64,000 nt of DNA. Origin: Setoptus koraiensis (taxonomy: Eukaryota > Animalia > Arthropoda). The notes beneath the pieces are model-generated. The model had not been told where the DNA came from. It saw only the letters and a list, made by a program, of their open reading frames with translations, and made no database searches. Within the stretch, counting starts at the first letter, position 1. The number at the start of each line of letters is the position of its first letter. Below, one piece after another: positions 24,217-35,063 of the stretch. The translations under genes were made by a program, and so were the position numbers. Location: positions 3,348,001 to 3,412,000 of the forward strand of contig CM106586.1 of NCBI GenBank assembly GCA_048013815.1. Direction: 5' to 3'.

Positions 24217-26643
24217 TCAACCGCGCCAACCACGTCCTCGACGTCTTCGTCGTCTCCTTCGCCATACACCTCTTCTACCGGGATTGGAATTGTTCTCCTC
24301 TGATTCTTCTACTTCCATTGTCTCCTCGCCCTCTTCGCCCTCCTCTTCTTCGTCTTCTCCTTCGTCATCATCGCCCTCGATTATTGTCTCAGTAGTCTGA
24401 ACAATAGTGTGACCATCGTCGCCTGGCGTCTGATGCTGATTGGGCACTGTCTCGATGCTAGTGCTATGCTCACTGGTGCTGATGGTACCTTGGTTAGAAG
24501 AAGGTATTGCCGCAGGTTGTTGTTGTGTTTGCCCACTATTTAGCATAACGGTGTGGCCGGGTGTCTCCACTTCATGATGCGCCTTATTCTTATGCAACAT
24601 AGCCACCGGTTGTTGTTGTTGTTGCTCGTTTGCTGATTTCGGTTGTACCGTCAATGGCGGCTCAGGCTGAGGGGCCGCCGGCTGATGGGGTGCTGGTTGA
24701 GGAACCGCCGGCTGAGGGGCTACTGGCTGGGGGGCTTCTGGTTGGGAGGCTGCTGGTTGGGGAGCTGCTGGTTGGGGAGCTGCTGGTTGGGGGGCAGATG
24801 GGTGCGGTTGAGCCCCCGGAGGTTCTTGGTTGCCCGTTTCTGTTGGTGGCGATTGCTCATTATTAGCTGGCGTTGGATGAGGTGCCGAGAGTGGTGTTGC
24901 CTGGTTGTTGCCCTGTTGACGGGGATCTTGACTGTCACCCTCAGTGGTAGATTGGTCAGCAGCAGGTGTCTGTTGTGCGGGCTCATGATGGCCGGTTGGT
25001 TTGGTTGGTTGAGATGGCTCATGCGGATGATCTGGCGAGTTGTCTTGCTGACCAATTGCAGGGTTCAGTTCATGAGCCGGATGCTCAAAGTGCAGATCCT
25101 CTTCCGCTTCGTTGTTGACCAATTCATCTTGTTCGTTGCCCGAATTCACTACATTCGTTGTGTCTCCTTGAGGTTGTCTAGTGTGTTCGATTTTTGTTTT
25201 ACGGATATTGTTGATTGCTCGTCTGTTCTTATTGCCCGAGCCTTGAACATTAGTCAATTTAGGAGCATGTTGTTGAGGTTGTTGCTGTTGTGGTTGCTGC
25301 TGTTGTTCACTCTGTTTCTTTTTCTGTTGTTGTTTTCGTGCTTTTTTGCTGGGCTTGTTTTTTGTCGGCTTACTCTCTGGCTGTTTCTCTTCGGGTTTCT
25401 CTTCTTCTTCCTCTTTTTCGTCCTCTTCCTCTGAGGCTGAATTGTCATTTGGATCACTCTTGGGCCCAACCGTTTTCTCGTGATCATCAATTTCATCAGT
25501 TGCTGGCTCCTCTTGCTCAGCCTCATCATTGTCTTCGTTCTTAGGAAGACTGAGATTCTTTTTCTGTGGTTTGTCATCTTTGGCTTGAACAGGAGTAGCT
25601 AGCTGTTTCGTTTCAATGCCAACATCATTGTTTATCTCCTGATGATTGATACGAATTTTGTTGTTGCCTACGTTCTTGACAATTTCGACATCGTTGTTGC
25701 CAATGTCATCGACGACTGTTTTTTGGTCGTTGCCACTATTCTTTAAAGTTGTTTGTTTTTTATCAGGTGTTTGTGGCTGGCTTGAAGAGTCTTGGCTTTG
25801 CGAACCTCTGAAAAAGCCCATCGGCGACGGAATATTCTGTAGCATCTTTTTGCCTGTGCCAAATATGTCTGGCATGTAAGACATTATACCGTTGTTGCCA
25901 TTTTCCATTTCCTTTGGAGGCTTCACATCAGTAGGTACCTGTTGATTGGTTTCTTTGGAGTCATCCGGATCCGCTGCCTTAGATGGTCCGCCGGTCTGTG
26001 TCGGCTCTGGCTGTTTAGCTTCTTTCTCTGGTTTAGCGTCAGGTTGAGGAACTTTCGCACTCGCCTTTGCGCCCAATTTGTTGCGAGTAATCTCTTCAAC
26101 TGTTTCGTCGTTATCGTTGCCACTGTCAGGTGAAGCAGCTTTGCTTTTCGGATTTGCTTCTTCCGATATTTCTTTAGAATCTGAATTGGGTTCTGAGCTT
26201 GCATTTTTGATCTTATTGCTAACCTCTTTCTCTTCAGTTGCATCAGTGTCGTCGCCTTCATCATCTACCAACTCGTCTGTAACCTCGTACTGTACCTCTT
26301 TTCCGTCTGGTAGCGTCTCTTTGACTATTCTAGTCAAACTGGTCTGATCGCCTCTTATCAGCTCCTCGGGCACATCGTCATGCTCTTCCGTCAGCTCAAA
26401 TCGATCTCCTCCTTTCAGTAGTTGATCTCGAATAAGAGATCTAGCATTCTTGTTATATATTTTATTGTTGACCTCGTCGATCTTCTTGACATTGTCCTCT
26501 AGCTGTTTGTCAGAGGAATGTCTAGTCTCGACGGCCTCATCGCCCGGCTTTCTGTGCGATGGTGCACAGGTCAATCTTGACGGCAATAGGATCGCCAGAG
26601 TCACCATCAACACCGCAAGATGCGGCGAGAGTGCTGGCTTCAT
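24217..26643 (-). CDS. Orphan secreted low-complexity protein, 808 aa, single exon
   Basis: ATG-initiated 2.4-kb ORF with a signal-peptide-like N-terminus (MKPALSPHLAVLMVTLAILLPSRLTCA), D/E/K/N/Q/P-rich body, ~10 (A/P)PQPA pentapeptide repeats, and an acidic tract followed by RRGVWR8GRGWRG. No recognised domain. Confidence 0.88.
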   Translation of the reverse strand: MKPALSPHLAVLMVTLAILLPSRLTCAPSHRKPGDEAVETRHSSDKQLEDNVKKIDEVNNKIYNKNARSLIRDQLLKGGDRFELTEEHDDVPEELIRGDQTSLTRIVKETLPDGKEVQYEVTDELVDDEGDDTDATEEKEVSNKIKNASSEPNSDSKEISEEANPKSKAASPDSGNDNDETVEEITRNKLGAKASAKVPQPDAKPEKEAKQPEPTQTGGPSKAADPDDSKETNQQVPTDVKPPKEMENGNNGIMSYMPDIFGTGKKMLQNIPSPMGFFRGSQSQDSSSQPQTPDKKQTTLKNSGNDQKTVVDDIGNNDVEIVKNVGNNKIRINHQEINNDVGIETKQLATPVQAKDDKPQKKNLSLPKNEDNDEAEQEEPATDEIDDHEKTVGPKSDPNDNSASEEEDEKEEEEEKPEEKQPESKPTKNKPSKKARKQQQKKKQSEQQQQPQQQQPQQHAPKLTNVQGSGNKNRRAINNIRKTKIEHTRQPQGDTTNVVNSGNEQDELVNNEAEEDLHFEHPAHELNPAIGQQDNSPDHPHEPSQPTKPTGHHEPAQQTPAADQSTTEGDSQDPRQQGNNQATPLSAPHPTPANNEQSPPTETGNQEPPGAQPHPSAPQPAAPQPAAPQPAASQPEAPQPVAPQPAVPQPAPHQPAAPQPEPPLTVQPKSANEQQQQQPVAMLHKNKAHHEVETPGHTVMLNSGQTQQQPAAIPSSNQGTISTSEHSTSIETVPNQHQTPGDDGHTIVQTTETIIEGDDDEGEDEEEEGEEGEETMEVEESEENNSNPGRRGVWRRRRRRRRGRGWRG

Positions 26644-27714
26644 GGTCTAGTTGTGATCTTTGTTCGATTGTCCAGCTTATGTGTCCATAAAATGAATTAA
26701 AATTTTTTTAACGTCACCGAGAAATGTTTTCGGAATATACTAATCGAATCCTCCGTTCAATGGGGCTGTTCTATCGAATGACGCCACCAGAGATACGATA
26801 TGATTGGCAGCACTCTCCCATTCAATATTTGAACTATATTTAGACTATTTCTATCATACTATGAAGAGTATCCATCATGTTTTTCAGTGTGAAAATTTAA
26901 CTGGATGGTTGTGTGACATCATTATATGCATGGATACATTGAACAGGTAAAATTCAAGACACAAACATCGATGATAGCACCAACAATGGCTCGCGGAATC
27001 AACGCGATTCGCCTCATATTACGGGCAGATGCCAACGCATTTCGCATGCTAAGTTCTAACCCAAGTACTTCGACCACGATCTCACCATAACGGAGTGACA
27101 AATTTTCTGGCGACAGCACATTTCTTGTTTATGTTAGAGCCAAACGGATAAAAATTGAGGCGATTCAGCGAATTGGATCGAGACAGGAAACGCAGAGAAT
27201 CGCAACTTGATGGTTCTACTGCACTTAGTAAGCTTTTGTCGCCCAAAAAACTACGAAAACTGTTGATTTTCAATCCATGTTAGACCGTGGTATTCATCGC
27301 ATATCTTTTTAACCCAAGAACATCTGTTGCATGACCAGGCTGACTCTTCGTAAACTAGATACAATTTTGGGAGTTTCGAAGTTTTAGGCGATGAGAAGTA
27401 GCTCAGATAGTTGGATTGCGTAACTATCGAAGAAGATCTGGTGGTTTTGAACGGAGGTGGGACGATTCTTCTATTCCACCCAGTAAGCTTTTAGTGTTGT
27501 CAAAACTGAAAAACTTCTTATTTTCAATCTCTTTCTACCATTTTCAAACTTTTATTTTTCGAATATGTATTCAACGGACTTGTCTGTTACATAGTTAGAT
27601 GGTTGTGTATGTTGACAATGCTTTGGAACAGATTGGATAACAATCGAGGGTTATCCACCGTGCTAACATCACTAGATTGCAATAGTACCAGAAGCTTACT
27701 CAAAATGTCATACT

Positions 27715-28212
27715 TTAAGACATTTTCGGTTCATTATCAAGAGCATAGCAGATGCTGGTAGCCTCAGAAACTATCTTATCAGCTGCAGAAATTTCTTCAT
27801 CTAATGCTTGCATTTCTAATTCGTCATTCTTCTTGTCGGAATCACCTTCGTTGAAAAGCATTTTCATTTTCATTTGTTCCAAGTCTACCTGATGTTCTCT
27901 AGCAGCTTTAATCCTGTTCCTTTCTTCAGCCATCTTGCTGCTCCATTCCGGATCTCTATCTCTCTCATCGATTTCAATTTTCTCTTCCTTCGATAAAGAA
28001 AAATCATATTCATATTTCATTTCAGGGTATGTGTCTTTAGCAAAGTAAAACATTGGACTGACTGTCATATCATCAAAGGGGTCGAAAGTTAGGAATTGTT
28101 GTTTTAAAAAACTGAATTTGTAAGGTTCGACAGGGCGGGGAGCTGCGTCGGCGACTTTGTCAAGAACTGATGACCAGGTCAAGGCCAGAAAAAATGTAAG
28201 ATAAAGAGCCAT
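27715..28212 (-). CDS. Orphan small secreted protein, paralog A, 165 aa
   Basis: Signal peptide MALYLTFFLALTWSSVLDKVADA; ~70% aa identity (hand count 115/165) to the adjacent paralog, reading frame conserved. Confidence 0.9.
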   Translation of the reverse strand: MALYLTFFLALTWSSVLDKVADAAPRPVEPYKFSFLKQQFLTFDPFDDMTVSPMFYFAKDTYPEMKYEYDFSLSKEEKIEIDERDRDPEWSSKMAEERNRIKAAREHQVDLEQMKMKMLFNEGDSDKKNDELEMQALDEEISAADKIVSEATSICYALDNEPKMS

Positions 28213-28518
28213 CTTGTAAAATTATTGATTACACTCAAATTTTGACAGATATTACTTTTCTCTGATTGAAACTAAACTATTGAACCAAATCGGCGGAAAA
28301 CAATTCATGACGAGAGGACATTCCACCGAAAGTACAATATGCCTTGAAATTTATTTTTAGTAACTCACTGAAAGCTTGTCATATTTTTATTTGACGATAT
28401 GCACAATTAGATGGCTGTGTATGCTGACAATGTTTTGGAATAGATTGGATAACAATCGAGGGTTATCCATCGTGCTAACATCATTAGCTCATCAGAGGCT
28501 CACTCAGAATGTCACACC

Positions 28519-29007
28519 TCATGACATTTTTGGTTCATTATCAAGAACGTAACAGACGCGGAAAGATTCGGCAACTAACTTATCAGCTGCCAAAATTTCT
28601 TCTTCTAATTTCTGCATCTCATCCTTCTTCTTGTCGGAATCGCCCCCTTGGAAATATATTTTCCTTCGCATTTGTTCCAAGTTTACTTGATGTTCTCTAG
28701 CAGCTTTGATCCTGTTCCTCTCTTCGGCCATCTGCCTGTTCCATTCCGGATCTCTGTCTGGCTCATTGATTACAATTTTCTCGTCCTTCTTTAGAGAAAA
28801 ATCGTATTCATACCTCATTTCAGGGTGTGTTTTCTGAGCAAAATTAAACATTGGACTGACTGTTATACTGTAGGTGTCAAATTCTAGAAATTGCGATCTC
28901 AAAAATCCAAATGAGTAAGGTTTCGCAGGGCGGAGAGCTGCGCCGGCGACTTCGCCAAGAACTGACGACCAGGTCAAGGCAAGAAAAAATGCGAGATAAA
29001 GAGCCAT
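28519..29007 (-). CDS. Orphan small secreted protein, paralog B, 162 aa
   Basis: Signal peptide MALYLAFFLALTWSSVLGEVAGA; differs from paralog A only by substitutions and in-frame indels. Confidence 0.9.
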   Translation of the reverse strand: MALYLAFFLALTWSSVLGEVAGAALRPAKPYSFGFLRSQFLEFDTYSITVSPMFNFAQKTHPEMRYEYDFSLKKDEKIVINEPDRDPEWNRQMAEERNRIKAAREHQVNLEQMRRKIYFQGGDSDKKKDEMQKLEEEILAADKLVAESFRVCYVLDNEPKMS

Positions 29008-29317
29008 CTTGTAATTCTATTGATTACACTGCAATTTTGACAGATATTAATTTTCTTTGATTGAAACTAAACTATTAAACTAAATCGACGAAAAACAATT
29101 CATGACGAGAGGACATGCCACCGAAAGAACAATATGCTTTGAAATTTATTTTTAGTAACACATTGAAGGCTTGTGACAAATGAGGAAATTTTTAAACAAC
29201 TTGTGAAATATCGACCATGTGAAGATAACAACTGACCTGTTCACTGGTGAATTCTTTTGGGCATTAATATGAATGGATGCGATATATGAAGGAAAAAAAT
29301 ATACAAATTCAATGACT

Positions 29318-29817
29318 NNNNNNNNNNNNNNNNNNNNNNNNNNNNNNNNNNNNNNNNNNNNNNNNNNNNNNNNNNNNNNNNNNNNNNNNNNNNNNNNNNN
29401 NNNNNNNNNNNNNNNNNNNNNNNNNNNNNNNNNNNNNNNNNNNNNNNNNNNNNNNNNNNNNNNNNNNNNNNNNNNNNNNNNNNNNNNNNNNNNNNNNNNN
29501 NNNNNNNNNNNNNNNNNNNNNNNNNNNNNNNNNNNNNNNNNNNNNNNNNNNNNNNNNNNNNNNNNNNNNNNNNNNNNNNNNNNNNNNNNNNNNNNNNNNN
29601 NNNNNNNNNNNNNNNNNNNNNNNNNNNNNNNNNNNNNNNNNNNNNNNNNNNNNNNNNNNNNNNNNNNNNNNNNNNNNNNNNNNNNNNNNNNNNNNNNNNN
29701 NNNNNNNNNNNNNNNNNNNNNNNNNNNNNNNNNNNNNNNNNNNNNNNNNNNNNNNNNNNNNNNNNNNNNNNNNNNNNNNNNNNNNNNNNNNNNNNNNNNN
29801 NNNNNNNNNNNNNNNNN
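29318..29817. other. Assembly gap (exactly 500 N)
   Basis: Round-number N run, probably a scaffolding placeholder rather than a measured distance. Confidence 0.97.
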
Positions 29818-30416
29818 TCTATGGCTAGTGTAGCCTCATCAAATCTTATGCCCATCATGTGGCATTGTAATTTGAAATCATTCTTCTCGTAGAAAGGCAC
29901 TAAATCATCTTTACAATCCAGACTAATCTTGTAGCAATGATACACCTCATTGGCCAAATCTACGATTAATTTCACTACAATTTGACCAATTCGTTTTCCT
30001 CTATAACTGTCCAAAACGGCAACATCTTCAAGACGTGCTCTGTAGGCACATTGATGGATGAACTTAAACTCGAGAAACAATGTTGATGCCCCGACTATCT
30101 TCCTGGCAACGGAATCCTCGATCACAACAATTACATAATGATCGACGCTGGCATTCATGTTGATTTGTTTCATTTCGTCGAATCGTCTCGCGAATGTGGT
30201 CGAGTCAATCTCACCAACGACTGTTAATTGACTTAATAATTCTAGGTAACCATTGTGATAATCGTCCGAACAAAGAGGTCGAGCGACAAGATTGTACTTG
30301 CCAAGTTCTTGCTTGATTGTGGGCCAAGATTTTAATTTTGTCAGTTTATCTGGATCGAATAGATAGGTTGGTGTTGTGGCACGCCTCGAGCAACAGCTTA
30401 CATGAATAGCAGCCAT
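29818..30416 (-). CDS. GNPNAT1: Second GNPNAT1 copy, last codons lost in the gap
   Basis: No difference seen from 22596-23194 at constant offset 7222. Confidence 0.85.
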
Positions 30417-30791
30417 ATTGGATGGAATTTGGTCTATCAGTTACTTTGATGGTGATAGCTGGAAATCAATTATATTCTTAATAATTAGTGTTAGTTTTGT
30501 GTAATTGTCACTAAAGTTGTTCATTTTTCCTTTCAAAAAGAACATTAAAATGGATCAGATTTCGGAAAATCGAGCGAGTCATGTGTTTTCTTTTTATAAA
30601 CACAAACACCAAACAAACACAAACAAACGCACGCACGTACTGACAGTGCAGAAGCCGCATGCCGATGAAGAGAGGTCGGCTGATACCATTTTGTTTATCA
30701 TTCATTCCATCATACATTTTTCGATATTGCATAATAATATGATGGTATCATTGCATATATTATTACATTCAATTTTCGGACAGGAACCAGA

Positions 30792-31115
30792 ATGTCCAGC
30801 GCAGGCCCGAGTCCAGATGACATATTAGCTAATTTGATCGACGATGTGATATTCAGTGAGTGCCTACAAATTCATCGAGCGGCTAAGATGGGATTAATAT
30901 TTACGGACGCCGGCGATGAGTCATGCAAAATTAAGGACGAGGCCGGTTTAGATGTGTTTGGTCAGCCATTGACCAAGACAAAGAAGCAGTACAATTGTAT
31001 CTGTCCCAATTGTGATCGTAATTTGGCCGCTGCCAGGCTAGCGCCACACCTCGAGAAATGTATGGGCATGGGGAGAATGCCATCAAGGTCGGCCAAAAGA
31101 TCGGCCAACAACTAG
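30792..31115 (+). CDS. SGF11: Second Sgf11 copy, 107 aa
   Basis: Matches copy 1 except three substitutions in the last ~8 codons (STKRSA vs SAKRSA; two synonymous). Confidence 0.88.
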   Translation: MSSAGPSPDDILANLIDDVIFSECLQIHRAAKMGLIFTDAGDESCKIKDEAGLDVFGQPLTKTKKQYNCICPNCDRNLAAARLAPHLEKCMGMGRMPSRSAKRSANN

Positions 31116-31409
31116 TATTTATCTGAGTAACTGTGGAGTAACAAAAACAAAGTCGTGATTTTTTTTCTACCACCAATAAAAGCTGTTCAATTATTGAGTC
31201 TTTATTATCAACAGTATTATATGTTAATATTTTCTGCTGTAATCCTCTTGGTAGTCATGGAAACCTGACGTTTCCCTTTTTTTCTCATTCATTTGTTCGC
31301 TCGTTCTTTATTAGGACAATCATTCTAAACAATATTTGATTTAACTTCAATCATGAAGTAATTGCCATCATTACGTTGCTGGACAGATGTAACTGAATTT
31401 ATATTAGCC

Positions 31410-33830
31410 ATGTCGGCCGCAAGAGTTACATCGTTGACTTCGATTGTTTACGGTGAAATCAAGAAGGGCAATTATTTGTATGCCATCAAACAGTTGCAAG
31501 CTATCTCCATTGAGCATGAACCTTCGGAATCTTTGTTATCTCTCATGGGTTATTGTTACTACATGGCCCAAGATTATAGTGAGGCGTGTAATTGTTATAA
31601 CCAGTTAAAAATTATCTTGGAGCAACCAAGAGAAACCATGGCATCAGACAAGGCAAAATTATCACGATATCTGGAGCATAGTTACAACTACGCAAATGCT
31701 TTGTATTCAAGTGGAGAGTTCGATCTCTCTATTAGGGCGACTATTAGTTTAGATCGTAAACTGGACAAAATTATATCTGATATATATATTGATGAAGCAA
31801 ATAGGGAATCAATCAACACCAATCAACATCTTTCCATCGAGTCTTGTCAGGACTATAAATCCAGACTAAAGACGCTTCAGGCTTTGATTAAGTTTAGTCA
31901 AGGCGATATCGCAGCTGCTCGAAGTCTGTTCGATTCCAAAGTGAACTCATCTTATCCGGAAAATAGGTCTGCACTTCAGAATAGAATGTTCAATCTGGCC
32001 TCTTGTTTGACCAAACAAAAACTACATCATGAAGCTATAGCAATCCTTCAATCATTGATGAGCGAGTTGAGGCCAAACAATAATGATAATCACGACGAAA
32101 AATCACTTTTAGATATAAAGTATAATCTGGCTCTTAATTATTACATGCTGGAGAATTACAACAAGGCTTTGGATCTCGTTGGTGAGATCATAGCATTCGG
32201 TGTGTCCGCTTATCCCGAGTTAAACATTGGCTCAAATACAAATGATTTAGAGATAAATAGCGTAGGCAACTCACGCAAGCTGGAACAATCGTGCTTGATC
32301 GGGGCATTCAATCTGAAGGCCTCAATCTACTATCTCCTGGACGATTTAGCTAGTGCAAAGCAAGCCCTCACCGACATGCCACCAAGAAATCAGGACGAGC
32401 TCGATCCGACAACTTTGCACAATTTGGGCCTTATTAATTTAGATTGCGAACCACTAACAAGTTTTGACAAGTTAAGATTCTTATTGATGAGCGCAACAAC
32501 ACAGGATGCTACAGTGCCCGATGAGGCATTTTTTAATATACTATTGATATATATCACTAATAATCACTTTGATATTGCTACGAGACTCATTATGGAGGAT
32601 GAACAAATTACTTTTAGATATCTCAGTGAGGATATGTTCATGTTCTTGGATGGTGTTATAACTAAACATTCGTCTGATACGGATGGCTACAGGAAACTGT
32701 ATCAATTGCTAGAGAAACAAATGGAAAAAGTGAGAACACTGAAAAATGAATCGACCGATGAGACAGCTACAAACTTGGCAGTGATAGAAAGTAACAAAAT
32801 TACTTACAATAACGAATTGGAGTTTGGAATAGAGATACTTATGAGCTTAGGTCACATTCTTTGGACTGGAAATCATTTCAAGGCGCTGGAAAGATTGTTC
32901 AGGAAGACAGCGGAGATATTTAGCGACCACCATGTCTGGAAATTAAATGTTGCCCATACACTCTACATGCAAGACTCAAAATTTAAAGAGGTTCTTTTGT
33001 TTTACGAACCATTCATCAGAGACAACTTCAAACATTTACTCAGCGTTGATCCAATGATTATAGCCAACCTTTGTGTGTCTTATGTGCTTATCGGCCAAAA
33101 TGAGGACGCTCAAGAACTCATGAGAAAGGTTGAGTTGGAGGAGAACGAACTTGTAAATGGCGAAAAAACCACCGACCAATCTGATGATAATGACAACAAT
33201 CGGTTGCAACAAAAAAAGTACTCTAGACAAGTGGCTAGACAGACCCTGATCAAGTTGAAGAATGGGCCCAGATTAAGCTCGCTGGAGGACGATTTAGAGA
33301 CAAAACAAACAATCGACAATATCATCTACGATAGTGACATAGATCATCAGAGTAGATTGTCAACTTACGATCAACAAACTATACCAATGCATTCGTGCAT
33401 CATCAATCTAGTTATTGGAACATTATACTGTGTCAAATCCAATTATGAGTTTGGTATAACACGAATAATAAAGAGTGTAGAACCCGTTGGAAAGAAACTC
33501 AACCGAGACACATGGTTCTACGCAAAAAGATGCATATTATCAATGCTGGAAAATATTTGTAAAATGACCACTGTGGTTAGTGACAATGTTCTGATGCAAT
33601 GTATAGATTTTCTAATGGAATGCGAGAAATATGGACTCACAATCAAAGCTAGCTCAAAACAAACGCCAGCAGACCAGCATCAAACAGAAGCCTTCATCGG
33701 TGACAATTTATCTATTTTGGTGAACCCTTTTGAGCATTTTTCGGATGATGATTTCGTTTCCGGAAAGGATACTGTAACTTATCAGGCACGACATTTGAGA
33801 TGGCTGCTGCTGAAGCTTTTGAATGAATGA
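31410..33830 (+). CDS. IFT70: Intraflagellar transport protein IFT70 / TTC30 / fleer (TPR protein), 806 aa from first ATG, single exon
   Basis: LLSLMGYCYYMAQDY, YPELNIG...SVGNS, AFNLKASIYY...AKQALTDMPPRNQDELDPTTLHN, VWKLNVAHTLYMQ, ANLCVSY, HSCIINLVIGTLYCVKSNYEFGITRIIKS, DTWFYAKRC. The track start 31362 is TTG; ATG is at 31410. Confidence 0.95.
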   Translation: MSAARVTSLTSIVYGEIKKGNYLYAIKQLQAISIEHEPSESLLSLMGYCYYMAQDYSEACNCYNQLKIILEQPRETMASDKAKLSRYLEHSYNYANALYSSGEFDLSIRATISLDRKLDKIISDIYIDEANRESINTNQHLSIESCQDYKSRLKTLQALIKFSQGDIAAARSLFDSKVNSSYPENRSALQNRMFNLASCLTKQKLHHEAIAILQSLMSELRPNNNDNHDEKSLLDIKYNLALNYYMLENYNKALDLVGEIIAFGVSAYPELNIGSNTNDLEINSVGNSRKLEQSCLIGAFNLKASIYYLLDDLASAKQALTDMPPRNQDELDPTTLHNLGLINLDCEPLTSFDKLRFLLMSATTQDATVPDEAFFNILLIYITNNHFDIATRLIMEDEQITFRYLSEDMFMFLDGVITKHSSDTDGYRKLYQLLEKQMEKVRTLKNESTDETATNLAVIESNKITYNNELEFGIEILMSLGHILWTGNHFKALERLFRKTAEIFSDHHVWKLNVAHTLYMQDSKFKEVLLFYEPFIRDNFKHLLSVDPMIIANLCVSYVLIGQNEDAQELMRKVELEENELVNGEKTTDQSDDNDNNRLQQKKYSRQVARQTLIKLKNGPRLSSLEDDLETKQTIDNIIYDSDIDHQSRLSTYDQQTIPMHSCIINLVIGTLYCVKSNYEFGITRIIKSVEPVGKKLNRDTWFYAKRCILSMLENICKMTTVVSDNVLMQCIDFLMECEKYGLTIKASSKQTPADQHQTEAFIGDNLSILVNPFEHFSDDDFVSGKDTVTYQARHLRWLLLKLLNE

Positions 33831-35063
33831 TCCGGCCACTTCGAGACAGTCAAGAACAACTTGGTGTAGCATTATGAATATGTTAGGCGAAATCGGTTTA
33901 ATTTCCATCTTTATTCGACTACCCGTCTGTGTACTATGTCTGCACCGCTCAATTTAATTATCGACTTGCTGTAAAGAAGTGGATGCCACAATGAATCTGC
34001 CAGTAGAGTTGAAAAATGTTGGGATGTTTACTTTTTAGACGGTCGTAGGAGAATGAAACAGTAGCTTATGCGAAGATCGAAACTCTGGAGTCCCGAACTT
34101 TGTAACTTTTAACCCGGGGAATGGGTGTCGATTTGATTCGAGGCCTGGATTATCCATTCCAAATTTGAGACCCATGTCCGGGTATCATTATGCTATGCAA
34201 ATATCACGTCACGTTGCGCGGCTTTATGAGAAACGATTGGAATAGGATATGTTCGGTATATCTCGCTAACAAGAACAAATAGTAGGCTTTTGATGGTGGA
34301 TACAACCAAATCAATGAGAGAGTCGATTCCATTGTCCGCAGGCTCGACCTCGAAAGCATGCATAAACGAGCCTACTTGTCTCCATCATAACTCGTGCGAA
34401 GTTCGCCTACATCTGAGGGATTGTGCCTTTCCGTTGAGATCGATCCGTCCCGCCTGCACAATTTTCGGCATCCAGAGCGAGGGCGCATTTTGTAGAGAGC
34501 TGCTAATCATGCTAGCCAGAAGAAAATGCAAAATAAAGAGCTTTGGTTACGAAACAATTTATTCTGCTGCAACTTTTTCGACGGACACATTACAGATATC
34601 AATAGAATGACACAAAGTCAATGAGATCGTGCACTGTTGGACGTTCCACAATCACTTACAATGTTCACGCTCACGTTAGTTGCGAACATTTTAATCGGAA
34701 GTTGATTTATCTAATTTATAAGTTTTTGTCTCTGTTTGTTTACCAGCAGTATGCATAAACGAGTTTCATGTCACTCATTCGAACTCAGCATCGGCAATAA
34801 AAATTCGAAAGAATTTCCATCACGAATGAGCTCATTTTAATTCATCAATAATTTATGGCACCCCTTGGTTTCCTTCACTACTGACATTGAAACTGCGTAT
34901 GGCATGCACTACTAATAATGCAACTTGACAACATATCTGCTGTGGTAAAGTGATGATAGAGCCAGTTACACATATGTTGGTCGCTCGGGGCAGAAGTCGA
35001 AAATTGGTTGGGACACATAAGCATAAGATTATATGGTTCGTATAGAGAATTATTGGTTCGAAA

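Larger units (their letters stand above)
27595..29174. repeat. Tandem duplication, two ~780-bp units (27595-28379 and 28407-29174), each with gene plus 5' and 3' flanks
   Basis: Shared flanks, e.g. ttagatgg[t/c]tgtgtatg[t/c]tgacaatg...gataacaatcgagggttatcca and caattcatgacgagaggacat...gaaatttatttttagtaac. Confidence 0.93.
29818..31150 (+). repeat. Direct repeat of 22596-~23930 (GNPNAT1-SGF11 cassette, ~1.3 kb)
   Basis: No mismatch seen over ~1,274 bp; then 3 SNPs, a 3-nt indel, ~35 nt of weak similarity and unrelated sequence. Confidence 0.95.

Noticed and set aside
29241-30416. 391-aa and 186-aa ORFs spanning the N run
   Set aside because: Artefacts of translating through the gap.
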